A stretch of 64,000 nucleotides of DNA from an uncultured bacterium (GCA_938028835.1 CALIMJ010000006.1:145710-209709), one strand, 5' to 3'. Shown: positions 21,504 through 31,295, counted from the first letter of the stretch. The notes: a model not told the origin generated them from the sequence alone. Program-made: numbers and translations.

Positions 21504-22204
21504 CCGGCGCCCTGCTGGAGGTGGCGCGAGCCTCCGAGGTGGTGGTCCTCGGCGGCGGCTGCTACGGCTGCTTTCACGCCCGGCAGCTGGTGAAGGCGGC
21601 ACAGCGGGGCCGGCTGCGCTACCGGCGGCTGGTGGTGGTGGACCGCAACCCGCAGGCGCGCGCCCACGCTGAGCTGGCCGGCGAGGCGGAGGTGGTCACC
21701 GCGGACTGGGCCGCGTTCCTGGTGGACTACGTGCCCGCCGCCCCCGCCGACGCGCAGCTCGTGCCCGCCCCTTTTGCCCCCCACGTGTTGGCGGACTGGC
21801 TGGTGGCCTCCCTGCGGCGCCTGCGCCCGCAGCTGCGCGTGTCCCGGCGTCCCCTGCCCGGGTCTTACCCGGTGGCTTACGACGTCACCGTGGAGGACCG
21901 GCGCTACCTGAGCGAGGCGGCCTGGCGGTGCCCGGCCACGTGTCCGGAGCCGGAGGTGTGCCCGGCCACGCGGGGCCCGCGCAGCTGGGACCTGGCCAGC
22001 ACCGTGCTGCAGTACTCGGACCTGCCGGTGCTGCACTTCTCGTGCCTGCACTTCGCGTACGGTGTCGGCACCATCCCGCTGCGGTCCCTGCAGGAGGCGC
22101 TGCACTGGCTGGTGGATCGAGCCGCACCGGGTCAGCAGGTCGCGGTCCTCACGGCGTCGCACTGTCACGGTGTCGGCACGTGTCTGGTGCTGGAGCAAGG
22201 GTGA
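21500..22204 (+). CDS. Hypothetical Cys-rich Rossmann-like protein
   Basis: Its GTG overlaps the OCD stop (GTGA). N-terminus 'VVVLGGGCYGCFHARQLV' (dinucleotide-binding-like), cluster 'CPATCPEPEVCPATRGP', later 'SHCHGVGTC'. No confident family assignment. Confidence 0.5.
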   Translation: MTGALLEVARASEVVVLGGGCYGCFHARQLVKAAQRGRLRYRRLVVVDRNPQARAHAELAGEAEVVTADWAAFLVDYVPAAPADAQLVPAPFAPHVLADWLVASLRRLRPQLRVSRRPLPGSYPVAYDVTVEDRRYLSEAAWRCPATCPEPEVCPATRGPRSWDLASTVLQYSDLPVLHFSCLHFAYGVGTIPLRSLQEALHWLVDRAAPGQQVAVLTASHCHGVGTCLVLEQG

Positions 22205-22241
22205 AAACCTGCCCGAAAAGGGGCAAGGAGGAGGGAACGAG

Positions 22242-23699
22242 GTGAAGGTGTCGGCCTCGGACCGACCGTGGGACCGGCTGGCCTGCGACGTGCTGGCGAT
22301 CCCCGTGAGATCCGGAAAGCCCCTGGAGGGCCTGCAGCCCCTGGACGACGCCCTGGGCGGCTGGCTGCGCGACGCCGTGGCGCTGGACCACTTCGAGGGC
22401 AAAAGGGACACGGTCCTGCAGGTTCTCACCCACGGCCGCCTTCCCACCGCGCGGGTCCTCCTGGTAGGGACGGGCGCCGCCGAGGATCTCGCGGAGGCCA
22501 GTCGCCGGGCCGCGGCGGCCGCGGCCCGGCAGGCACAGGCGCTACGGGCCAAGCGGCTGGGGATCTGGCCGGGAGCCTTCCCACCGACCCCCGAGGTGGC
22601 GGCTGCCCTGGTGGAGGGGGCCCTGCTGGGCGCCTACCGCTACACCCGCTACAAACCCGACCCGACCCCCAGCCTGGAGTCCGTGGAGGTGGTGGGCGTG
22701 CGCGGTGCCGCCGCCGCGGTGCGCCGCGCACGGGTGCTGGCGGAGGCTACGTACTTCGCCCGGGACCTGGTGAACGGACCGCCCAACGAAGTGACCCCAG
22801 CGTCCCTGGCCCGCATCGCTCGCCAGCTGGGCCGCCAGGAGGGGCTGCGCGTGCAGGTCTTCGGGCCCCCGCAGCTGCGCCGGATGGGCGCAGGCGCCAT
22901 CCTGGCCGTCGGGGCCGGCAGCCGCCAGCCACCGCAGATGATTGTACTGGACTACCGGCCGCCCCGCGCCCGGAAGACCTACGTGGTGGTGGGCAAGGGG
23001 GTCACCTTCGACGCCGGCGGGCTGAACATCAAGTCCCATGAGGGCATGGAGACCATGAAGGCGGACATGGCGGGCGCCGCGGCGGTGCTGGCCTGCCTGC
23101 GGGCCCTGCCGGCCCTGGGGATCCCGCACCGCGTGGTGGGCGTGGTGGGTGCGGTGGAGAACCTGCTGGGGGAGGCGGCCTTCAAGCCCGGGGACGTAGT
23201 CCGGGCCCTGGACCGTCAGACCATCGAGATCACCAACACGGACGCGGAAGGGCGGGTGGTGCTGGCCGACTGCCTGGCCTACGCCCGCCGCTACCGTCCG
23301 GACGCGGTGGTGGACCTGGCCACCCTCACGGGGGCCGCCATCGTGGCCCTGGGGTACCATGCGGCAGCCATCCTGGGCAACGACCGGGACCTGGTTCGCA
23401 GTCTCGTGGAAGCAGGGCAGCGAGCGGGGGAGCGTCTGTGGGAGCTGCCCCTGTACGAGGAGTTCGTGGAGGCCATGCGGGGCGAAGTGGCGCAGTGGAA
23501 GAACTCCGGTGGCCGTTACGGAGGAGCGCAAAAGGGAGCGGCGTTCCTGCGCGCCTTCGTGGGACCCCACCCGTGGGCGCACCTGGACATCGCAGGCGTC
23601 GCTTTTCTGGACAAACAGGAGGGCCAGGCGCCGCACCTGCCCAAGGGGGCCACGGGCTTCGGCGTCCGGACCCTGCTGCGGTGGCTCGCGGAGGGATAG
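22242..23699 (+). CDS. pepA: Leucyl aminopeptidase (M17)
   Basis: C-terminal catalytic domain 'GKGVTFDAGGLNIK...NTDAEGRVVLADCLAYA'. RBS 'aaggaggagg' upstream of the GTG. Confidence 0.88.
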   Translation: MKVSASDRPWDRLACDVLAIPVRSGKPLEGLQPLDDALGGWLRDAVALDHFEGKRDTVLQVLTHGRLPTARVLLVGTGAAEDLAEASRRAAAAAARQAQALRAKRLGIWPGAFPPTPEVAAALVEGALLGAYRYTRYKPDPTPSLESVEVVGVRGAAAAVRRARVLAEATYFARDLVNGPPNEVTPASLARIARQLGRQEGLRVQVFGPPQLRRMGAGAILAVGAGSRQPPQMIVLDYRPPRARKTYVVVGKGVTFDAGGLNIKSHEGMETMKADMAGAAAVLACLRALPALGIPHRVVGVVGAVENLLGEAAFKPGDVVRALDRQTIEITNTDAEGRVVLADCLAYARRYRPDAVVDLATLTGAAIVALGYHAAAILGNDRDLVRSLVEAGQRAGERLWELPLYEEFVEAMRGEVAQWKNSGGRYGGAQKGAAFLRAFVGPHPWAHLDIAGVAFLDKQEGQAPHLPKGATGFGVRTLLRWLAEG

Positions 23700-23701
23700 C
23701 G

Positions 23702-23959
23702 GTGCCCCGGAACCTTGCGGTGGACGCGGTGGGCTGGCTCGGCGCCGCGCTTTTGCTGTGCGCCTATTTCCTGGTGTCCAGCCGGCGGGCGCACGGCGGG
23801 AGCCTGGTCTACCAGGGGCTCAACGCGGCCGGCAGCGTCCTGCTGGGCGTCAACAGCCTGTACTACGGCGCGGTCCCCTCGGCCTTCGTGAACGTGGTGT
23901 GGCTGGCCATCGCCATCTACGGTGCCCTCCGGGGCGCCCGGGAGCCCGCGGCGCACTGA
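23702..23959 (+). CDS. Small two-helix membrane protein
   Basis: 85 aa with two hydrophobic helices, immediately after pepA. Family uncertain (CBU_0592-like). Confidence 0.4.
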   Translation: MPRNLAVDAVGWLGAALLLCAYFLVSSRRAHGGSLVYQGLNAAGSVLLGVNSLYYGAVPSAFVNVVWLAIAIYGALRGAREPAAH

Positions 23960-23969
23960 GGAGGAGGAC

Positions 23970-24482
23970 CTACGTGCCTTCCCGACGACGCGCCCGCCCC
24001 TGGGCCTCCTCCACCAGCCGCCAGGCTGCCTCCGCCCCACCCCACCCGTAGATCTCCACCGGCTTGCGCTCCAGCTCCTTGTACACCGCGAAGAAGTGCT
24101 CCACCTCCCGCAGGAAGTGGGCCGGCACCCCCCGCAGGTCTGTCACCCCGTCGAAGCGGGGGTCTGCCACGGGGACTGCCAGGATCTTCTGGTCCCGGCC
24201 CTTCTCGTCCCGCATGTCCAGCACGCCGATGGGACGGACCTCCACCAGGCACCCCGGAAAGGTGGGCTCGAAGGTGAACACGAGGACGTCCAGGTGGTCG
24301 CCGTCCTCCGCCAGGGTGTCTTCCAGGAAGCCGTAGTCCGCGGGGTAGTGGAGGGGAGAGTACAGGACCCGGTCCAGCCGTACGCCCCGGACCGGGTCCC
24401 ACTCGTACTTGTTCCGGCTGCCCCGCGGGATCTCCACCCGGGCCAGCACGCTGCGGCCGCTCACGGGCTCTTCTCCTTCCAG
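23970..24482 (-). CDS. ppa: Inorganic pyrophosphatase (family I)
   Basis: 'VEIPRGSRNKYEWD...LHYPADYGF...DGDHLDVLV', the family I PPase signature. Confidence 0.88.
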   Translation of the reverse strand: MEGEEPVSGRSVLARVEIPRGSRNKYEWDPVRGVRLDRVLYSPLHYPADYGFLEDTLAEDGDHLDVLVFTFEPTFPGCLVEVRPIGVLDMRDEKGRDQKILAVPVADPRFDGVTDLRGVPAHFLREVEHFFAVYKELERKPVEIYGWGGAEAAWRLVEEAQGRARRREGT

Positions 24483-25156
24483 TCCATCACCCACACCTCG
24501 CGGTAGCTGGGGAGGGGTGTGGCCTCCACCCGGTGGCCCACCCGGGTCACGTTGCGCTTGCCCGCCAGGAACTCCTCCACGGGCGCGAGGGGCCACGTGG
24601 GGTTGGCCTCCGTGCGGTAGTGCATGGGGATCACCACCCGCGCCTGGAGGCGGTTGACCACCATCTCCGCGGTCCGGGCGTCGATGGTGTAGTGGCCGCC
24701 CACGGGCACCATGAGGATGTCGGGCCTGAGGGCGCCCTTGTAGGCACCCTCGTGGAAGTTGGTGCCCTCCAGGTCGTGCCCCAGGTCCCCGCAGTGCAGG
24801 ATCTTCAGGCCGTCCACCTCGATGCGGAACATGGCGTTTTTGCCCCGCTGCGCGCCGTGCGCGTTGTCGTGGTAGGTGGGGATGGCCACCACCCGGACTC
24901 CCTCCACCGTCTCCCGCACCTCCGCGTGCTCCCTGCCGCCGTCCCGTAACCCGCGGATGACCCGGGGCGAGCCCGTGGCCGCCTCCACGTAGTTGTGGTC
25001 GAAGTGCTCGTGGCTCACGAGCACCAGGTGGGCCGCCACCCGCGGCACGGGGTAGCCCACCTGGTCGTTGAACGGGTCGATCAGGATCCGCTTGCCTTCC
25101 CGGCTCTCCAGGAGGAAACAGGCGTGCCCGAAGTAGGTGATCTTCATGGGCCGCAC
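24461..25156 (-). CDS. MBL-fold metal-dependent hydrolase
   Basis: 'MKITYFGHACFLLE...VSHEHFDHN', a beta-lactamase-fold hydrolase of the YtnP/UlaG type. Confidence 0.75.
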   Translation of the reverse strand: MRPMKITYFGHACFLLESREGKRILIDPFNDQVGYPVPRVAAHLVLVSHEHFDHNYVEAATGSPRVIRGLRDGGREHAEVRETVEGVRVVAIPTYHDNAHGAQRGKNAMFRIEVDGLKILHCGDLGHDLEGTNFHEGAYKGALRPDILMVPVGGHYTIDARTAEMVVNRLQARVVIPMHYRTEANPTWPLAPVEEFLAGKRNVTRVGHRVEATPLPSYREVWVMDWKEKSP

Positions 25157-25230
25157 CTCCCCGCAGCGCCTTCACGGTTCGGTTACGCGGTCCCTCCTCT
25201 CCCTCCCTTCCCCGGAGCCGACCTGCGGCC

Positions 25231-26045
25231 TCACCACAGGGCGAAAACCCGGCACGGGCCCCCAGACCCTCCCGCCACCTTGGGGGCGCCCACGAATACC
25301 CAGGCGCCCGCGGGCGGGATCCGGGCAAGGTTGGCTAGATTCTCCAGTCCCCAGCGGTTGGCCGGAAGCCAGGTGCGGTGCGTCTTGAAGTCCTTGGAGG
25401 GCCCGAAGTCCAGGCTCAGGGTGTCCACCCCGATTCCCACCACGTCGCGTTCCCGGAGCAGGAACTCCACGGTGTCCGGGTGGAACCCCGGGAAGTGCAT
25501 CACCCCTGAGCTGTCAGGGTTGCGGAAGGCCTGGGAGCTTCCCACCCGGGACTCCCAACCGCTGTGCATGAACACCGCGGCGCCGCGGGGGAGGCGCCCG
25601 TACCGGCGCTCCCAGGCCCGGATGTCGTCGGGCATCACCCGCGCGTCGGGATCCTTGGCGGCGCGCTCGTGGATGTGCACCACCGCCACGGGTGCCACCA
25701 GCACTGCAGGGGCCAGCTGTTCCACCGTGCGGGCCCCTTCCCCGAAGTGGGCGGGCGCATCCATGTGGGTGCCGATGTGTTCGAAGTAGCTGATGTTCAG
25801 CCCGTAGTACCCGTCCTTCTGGACCGTGACCGCTACCTCCGTCCTGAACACCGGCTGGCCGGAGAAGGACGGGAACGTCGGCTTGAGGGTGTGAGGTCCT
25901 GGACCCTGCGGAACCCGGGCATCCGGGGCGCCGCCAGAACCTCTCGAGGCCCCAGCAGGCGGGAGCCCACCGCGCCCGCGGCCACCCCGGCTAGGGACTT
26001 CAGGAACCTCCTCCGGCTCACCTCCTCCGCCACCGCCTCCATCAC
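25231..26045 (-). CDS. Cyclase-family protein (kynurenine-formamidase-like), apparent frameshift between signal peptide and mature domain
   Basis: The mature domain 'GTHMDAPAHF...' is in one frame (25231..about 25930). A perfect twin-arginine signal 'SRRRFLKSLAGVAAGAVG...AAP' is in another frame (26045..25833). The frames swap near 'gcgccccgg' at about 25930. Confidence 0.6.
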
Positions 26046-26127
26046 CACGGGACCGCACACGGCCACCACCCCCTCCGGTCGTTTTTGACGGTGGTACGGG
26101 ACCGCCAGCCCGGATTCCTGCTCCCCG

Positions 26128-27333
26128 GTGCGAAGCCGCCGGCGTGGTATCATCCGGCCCGGACCCGGTGGGGATTCAGGAGGGCAGCGAAGCTTGGGAT
26201 TTCCGGAGGAGCTGGAGTACCTGCGGCAACAGACCCCGCTGACCGAGCAGGTGGCCCAGTCCGTGCGTGCCCGGGGCTTGGACGGCCTGCGGGTGGCGTT
26301 TTCGGTGCACCTGGACATCAAGACCGTCCCCGTCCTCGAGGCGGTGCAGGACGCGGGCGCACAGATCCTGGTGGTCACCTGCAATCCCGCCACCGTACGC
26401 GACGAGGTCTGCGACTACCTTCGGGCGCGTGGGGCAGGCGTGCGCGCGTGGGCGGGGATGTCCGACCGTGACTGGGAGGACAGCTTCCGGTGGGCGTTGG
26501 AGCAAGGGCCCCCGTACCTGTGCGAGATGGGCGCGGAGCTGGCGACCCGCGCGGCCCGCCAGCCGTCCCTGGCTGGAGCCGTGCGGGCCGCCATGGAGGC
26601 CACGGGAACCGGCATCCAGCGCCTCCGGGGGCTGAACCTGACGTTCCCCGTGCTGGACTGGAACGCCCTCTCCCTGAAAGAGGGCCTTCACAACCGATAC
26701 CTGGTGGGCTTGGTGACGTGGACCACGTTCCTGGAGGTGGCCCGCGTCACCCTGTACGGCAAGCGGGTGCTGGTGGTGGGCTACGGCCCCGTGGGCCAGG
26801 GCGTGGCCGAGTACGCCCGGTTGCTCGGCGCCGTTCCCGTGGTCGCGGAACTCGCGCCCGACCGCCAGCTCCTGGCGTGCCACGCGGGGTGCGAGGTGGC
26901 CAGCCTCGAAGACGCCCTTCCCACCGCGCACGTGGTGGTCACCGCTACGGGGCGGGAACGCGTCCTCAGGGAAGAGCACTTCCACCTCCTCCGGGACGGT
27001 GCGTTCCTCCTCAACGTGGGCCACTCCAACCGCGAGCTGGACACCGACGCCCTCCGCCGGCACCCGACCCGCCGGCTGCGCACCCACGTGGAGGAGGTCC
27101 GCCTCCCGGGCCGGCGGGTGTACCTCCTTGCGGGAGGGGCGATGTTCAACCTGGCCGCAGGCCCGGGCGACCCCTACGACGCCTTCGACCTCACGTCGGC
27201 CCTGATGTTGGCAGGCCTGGACCACCTGTTCCAGCACGGGCACCGGTACCCGCCCGGCCTGCACCCCATGCCCCGGGAGGTGGAGCTAAAGGTGGCTTCC
27301 CTGGCCGCACGGATGGCCCGTGCGGGCCCCTAG
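26128..27333 (+). CDS. Adenosylhomocysteinase-family (NAD-binding) protein
   Basis: NAD-binding 'VVGYGPVGQGVAEYARLLGA' and the overall layout resemble AhcY/SAHH-like enzymes. The N-terminus is atypical, so the start is uncertain. Confidence 0.5.
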   Translation: MRSRRRGIIRPGPGGDSGGQRSLGFPEELEYLRQQTPLTEQVAQSVRARGLDGLRVAFSVHLDIKTVPVLEAVQDAGAQILVVTCNPATVRDEVCDYLRARGAGVRAWAGMSDRDWEDSFRWALEQGPPYLCEMGAELATRAARQPSLAGAVRAAMEATGTGIQRLRGLNLTFPVLDWNALSLKEGLHNRYLVGLVTWTTFLEVARVTLYGKRVLVVGYGPVGQGVAEYARLLGAVPVVAELAPDRQLLACHAGCEVASLEDALPTAHVVVTATGRERVLREEHFHLLRDGAFLLNVGHSNRELDTDALRRHPTRRLRTHVEEVRLPGRRVYLLAGGAMFNLAAGPGDPYDAFDLTSALMLAGLDHLFQHGHRYPPGLHPMPREVELKVASLAARMARAGP

Positions 27334-28592
27334 CCCGTCCGCGGGCCGAACCGGTCAGGCCTCAACAGCTCCAACTCCGCGGGCTCCTCCCCGGCGACCA
27401 CGCGTGCCACCAGCTCCCCGGTGACGGGCGCCAGCGAGATCCCCAGGGTCCCGTGGCCGGTAGCCACCACGAGGTTCTCCAGCCCGCGCGGCCTGCCCAC
27501 AGCCGGCAGCCCGTCGGGAGTGCACGGCCGGAGGCCCGCCCAGGCCTCGCCGCCTTCGGGGTCCAGTTCCAGGTAGCGCGAAGCCGCCCTGCGGATGGCT
27601 GACAACCGTGTTGGGTTCAGCTCCTCGCTCCACACGCCCAGCTCCAGGGTGCCCGCCAGCCGTACCCTTGGAGGCCCCTCCGGGTCCGGAAGCGGGGTCA
27701 CCGCCACCCGTGCCTCGCTCAGCATGAGGGGGATCTGTGGTGTGGACCGGCCGGGCAGGGTCACGCTGTACCCCTTGGCAGGCAGCAAGGGAAAGCGCAC
27801 CCCCACCGACCGCAGGAGCAGCGCACTCCACGCCCCCGCGGCCAGCACCACCGCTGCCGGCCGGACCTCCCGGTCGTCCAGCTCCACCGCTACGGACGTG
27901 CCGTGGCGGACCAGCCGCGCGTGGCAACGGGTGCGCACCTCCACACCCAGCTGCCTGGCCCACTCCATAAGGCCTGTCACCAGCCTCGCAGGGTCCAGGT
28001 GCGCGTCCTCCGGAAAGTACACCGCGCCCGTCACCTCGCGCCGCAGCAGCGGCTCCCGCGCTCGGGCGGCTTGGCCTTCCAGCACCTCCGCGGCGACCCC
28101 CTCGCGGCGGAGCAAATCCAGCTCCTGAAGGAACGCCCGGTACTCCGCAGGCTCGAGGAACACGGAGAGCGAGCCAGCCCGCCGCCACCCGAAGTCAGGC
28201 GCCCGTGCTGCCAGTTGCTCGTACAGCTCGACGCTGCGCCGCTGCAGACGCACCAGGAGGGGGACGGCGCGGCGGACGTGGGATTCCGTGCTGGACCTCC
28301 GAAACTGCCACAGCCACTTCCACAGGCTGGCGTCCGGCCGCAGGGGCACGTACAGGGGGCTGTGGGGGTCCAGCGCCCACCGCAGGCCGCGCCGCAGGAC
28401 GCTGGGTTCCGCCAGGGGCACGCTGTGGGACGGCACCACCCAGCCCGCATTTCCCCACGACGCGCCCGCGCCAGGCCGGTCCCGCTCCAGGACCACCGCA
28501 CGCAGGCCCGCCTCCGCCAGCGCGCAGGCGCAGCACAGGCCCACAGCGCCGGCACCCACCACCACCGCCTCCGGGTTCGCCAACGACACCAC
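27330..28592 (-). CDS. FAD-dependent oxidoreductase (DAO / glycine-oxidase-like)
   Basis: N-terminal 'VVVGAGAVGLCCACALAEAG' and a DAO-family C-terminus 'VVATGHGTLGISLAP'. Confidence 0.8.
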   Translation of the reverse strand: MVSLANPEAVVVGAGAVGLCCACALAEAGLRAVVLERDRPGAGASWGNAGWVVPSHSVPLAEPSVLRRGLRWALDPHSPLYVPLRPDASLWKWLWQFRRSSTESHVRRAVPLLVRLQRRSVELYEQLAARAPDFGWRRAGSLSVFLEPAEYRAFLQELDLLRREGVAAEVLEGQAARAREPLLRREVTGAVYFPEDAHLDPARLVTGLMEWARQLGVEVRTRCHARLVRHGTSVAVELDDREVRPAAVVLAAGAWSALLLRSVGVRFPLLPAKGYSVTLPGRSTPQIPLMLSEARVAVTPLPDPEGPPRVRLAGTLELGVWSEELNPTRLSAIRRAASRYLELDPEGGEAWAGLRPCTPDGLPAVGRPRGLENLVVATGHGTLGISLAPVTGELVARVVAGEEPAELELLRPDRFGPRTG

Positions 28593-28603
28593 TACGCCCC
28601 CTT

Positions 28604-28700
28604 GACAGTCTAGACGGCGGCGCTACGCTGTAGGCAGGGCCGCGACGCCCGCCGAAGTGGCGGGCGTCGCTTGCTTTTTGGGGGAGCGGGAATGCGCGCC
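28604..28700 (+). promoter_or_regulatory. amt leader: candidate promoter plus intrinsic-terminator hairpin (attenuator)
   Basis: 'cTTGACAgtctagacggcggcgcTACGCT', then a perfect hairpin 'gacgcccgcc-gaagt-ggcgggcgtc' followed by 'gcttgcTTTTTggggg', about 60 nt before the amt ATG. There is no upstream + strand gene to terminate. Confidence 0.5.
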
Positions 28701-28750
28701 ACCCGCGGCGTGGCAGCAGTGCTGGGTGTGTTGGCGGGGGCCGGTCCGGT

Positions 28751-30073
28751 GTGGGCGCCGGACCCCACAAGACCGCCACCCTGAAGGCCGACCCCACGGC
28801 ACCCGTCAACTTCACGTGGACCTTGGTGGCTGCCTTCCTGGTGTTCTTCATGCAGGCCGGGTTCGCCCTCCTGGGCGCGGGGCTGATTCGGTCCAAGAAC
28901 ACCGTCAACTACCTCACGAAGAGCTTCCTGGACTTCTGCATGGCCTCGCTGTCCTTCTGGGCGTTCGGCTTCCCCCTGATGTTCGGCGGCTCGAGTGCGG
29001 CGCCGGGGCTCGAGCGCGGCAACCCGTGGGTGGGCTGGTCGGGCTTCTTCCTGGCGGGCGAGGCCTACGACGTGCGCACGATGATGGTCTGGTTCTTCCA
29101 GATGGTGTTCGCCGCCACCGCGGCCACCATCGTGGCCGGGGCGGTGGCGGAGCGGATGCGGATCACCGCTTACCTGGCCTACAGCTTCCTGGTGGGGGCG
29201 CTGATCTACCCCGTCTACGGACACTGGATGTGGGGCGGGGGCTGGCTGTCGAACCTGCCCCTGGGCGCAGGCGCCCGCGACTTCGCGGGATCCAGCGTGG
29301 TGCACGCCGTGGGCGGCCTCGTGGGGTTGGCGGGAGCTGCCATGGTGGGCCCGCGGATCGGCAAGTTCAACCCGGACGGCTCACCCAACCCCATCCCGGG
29401 CCACAACATGGCGTACGTGGTCACGGGCACCTTCATCCTCTTCTTCGGCTGGTTTGGGTTCAACCCCGGCAGCACCCTCGCCGCCACCGACCTGCGCATC
29501 GCCGCCATCGCCACCAACACCCTGCTGGCGGGGGCCGCGGGTGCGGTGGTGGCCGTGTACTACAGCCTCGCCCGGACCGGCAAGGCGGACCTGGCCCTGA
29601 GCTGCAACGGAGCCCTGGCGGGCCTGGTGAAGATCACCGCGCCCTGCGCGTACGTGGCCCCATGGGCCGCGGTGGTGATCGGGGCCCTGGCCACGGTGGT
29701 GATGATGCTCACCGCCGCCTTCGTGGAACGGATCCTCAAGGTGGACGACCCGGTGGGGGCGGTGGCGGTGCACGCCGGGGGCGGCCTGTGGGGAACCCTG
29801 GCCGTGGGGATCTTCGCCGACGGCACGTACGGGAACGTGGCGGGGCTCGTTACCGGGCAGTGGGGCCAGCTGGCAGCCCAGGCGGTGGCGGTGGTGGCGG
29901 TTACCGTGTGGTCCCTGGGCACCGGATTCCTGATGTTCTGGGCTCTGAAGAAGACCATGGGTCTGCGGGCGCCGCGGGAGGAGGAACTGAGCGGGCTCGA
30001 CCTCCCGGAGCACGGTACCCTCTGCTACCCGGAGGAGCTGGTGCCGCTGGCGGGCCCCGTGGGCCGCGCGTGA
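28751..30073 (+). CDS. amt: Ammonium transporter (Amt family)
   Basis: 440 aa, eleven TM segments, conserved Amt motifs ('DFAGSSVVHAVGG', 'GPRIGKF'). Confidence 0.92.
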   Translation: MGAGPHKTATLKADPTAPVNFTWTLVAAFLVFFMQAGFALLGAGLIRSKNTVNYLTKSFLDFCMASLSFWAFGFPLMFGGSSAAPGLERGNPWVGWSGFFLAGEAYDVRTMMVWFFQMVFAATAATIVAGAVAERMRITAYLAYSFLVGALIYPVYGHWMWGGGWLSNLPLGAGARDFAGSSVVHAVGGLVGLAGAAMVGPRIGKFNPDGSPNPIPGHNMAYVVTGTFILFFGWFGFNPGSTLAATDLRIAAIATNTLLAGAAGAVVAVYYSLARTGKADLALSCNGALAGLVKITAPCAYVAPWAAVVIGALATVVMMLTAAFVERILKVDDPVGAVAVHAGGGLWGTLAVGIFADGTYGNVAGLVTGQWGQLAAQAVAVVAVTVWSLGTGFLMFWALKKTMGLRAPREEELSGLDLPEHGTLCYPEELVPLAGPVGRA

Positions 30074-30088
30074 GGTTGAGGGAAGGAG

Positions 30089-31291
30089 GTGGGCGCTGTG
30101 ACGTGGGAAGCGTGGCTCGGCGTAGCGGCCTTCGTGATCCTGTTCAGCCTGTGGTCGCTGTTACCCAGCCGGTTCCTGAAACGCACCACGACCAGCGAAA
30201 AACAGACGAGGACGGTTCCGTCGACGCCCCTCCAGCCAGCCGCGGCACCGGCGCGGGCCCGGCCCAGCCAGGCCGCGGCGGTGGAGCTCGGGCTGGTCCG
30301 CAACCCCGCGTTCGGGCACGGTGCGGACCGCAGTCTGCCCCGGTACTTCTACGTGGTGCACAACGGCGACAGCGAGGCGCGCCTGCCCGTGTACTGGGAG
30401 CCGCGGCCCACTTCCCGGGACCCCCTGGTGCGGGAGGTCTATCGGGTGCGGGTGGCCGGCCGCACCCTGGAAGCGGGTAACCTGCAGGTGCTGGGCGCCC
30501 AGCTCCGGGACGCGCTGGGCAGCCTTCTCGCCACCGGCCGTCCGCCCCGCTTCTGGCTGGTGAACGGCACTTCCGCGGTCCCCGTGTACCGCGAGGGGGA
30601 ATCCTACGTGGCCCTCACGGACGGCCCCAGGCTGTGGGGAAAGGACTTGGGGGAACTCGTGGCCCGGTACGCCCATTACCTGGCGTCCTGCAACGGCGGA
30701 CAGTGCGCACCGGTCACCGCGGCCCTGTTCTCGCCCGCGGACCTGGACGTGCACTGGCCGGAGCTGGTGTGGGCGGGTCCCGGTGTGTGGATCCCGGTCT
30801 TCGCAGTGGACGGCGGATTGGCCGCCTTCGGGCCGCGGGATCGAACCTGGTTGGTGCCGGCCGGGCCCAGGGCGGTGCTGGATCTGTGGGAACGCGTGGG
30901 GAACGACCTAGTGGCCCGGGGCCTCCTGCAGCACCCCGCCGCCCTGTGGGGCAGTGACGTCAGCGAATCCACCCGATCGGCGCTGCTGGCCTCGAGCCAG
31001 CCCACGGGGCTTGTACTGCGCTTCGTCCGCTTCCACCCGTCGGGTGCCGCCCGCGTAACGTTGCCGGTCCTGCGCCTGGGGAGTCGGGTGTTCGCCACCT
31101 GCGGGGAGCTGTCCTGCCTGCACGTGGCGGCTGACCCCGCGACCCTGCGGGAGTACCTGTCCGCGCACCTGGCGCAAGCGGGGGCGGTGGCGGGGCTTCA
31201 GGACGTGGCGCTGGACGAGGACGGCACCTCTTCCCGCCAGACCGCCGACGCGGGGGGCCTACGCCTGGGCGTCGCTTCGTCCCACGCGTGA
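30089..31291 (+). CDS. Hypothetical membrane-anchored protein (flotillin-associated?)
   Basis: Single N-terminal TM helix, then a 370-aa soluble region with no recognisable motif. It starts 16 nt after amt and ends 5 nt before the flotillin gene. Confidence 0.55.
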   Translation: MGAVTWEAWLGVAAFVILFSLWSLLPSRFLKRTTTSEKQTRTVPSTPLQPAAAPARARPSQAAAVELGLVRNPAFGHGADRSLPRYFYVVHNGDSEARLPVYWEPRPTSRDPLVREVYRVRVAGRTLEAGNLQVLGAQLRDALGSLLATGRPPRFWLVNGTSAVPVYREGESYVALTDGPRLWGKDLGELVARYAHYLASCNGGQCAPVTAALFSPADLDVHWPELVWAGPGVWIPVFAVDGGLAAFGPRDRTWLVPAGPRAVLDLWERVGNDLVARGLLQHPAALWGSDVSESTRSALLASSQPTGLVLRFVRFHPSGAARVTLPVLRLGSRVFATCGELSCLHVAADPATLREYLSAHLAQAGAVAGLQDVALDEDGTSSRQTADAGGLRLGVASSHA

Positions 31292-31295
31292 GGAG

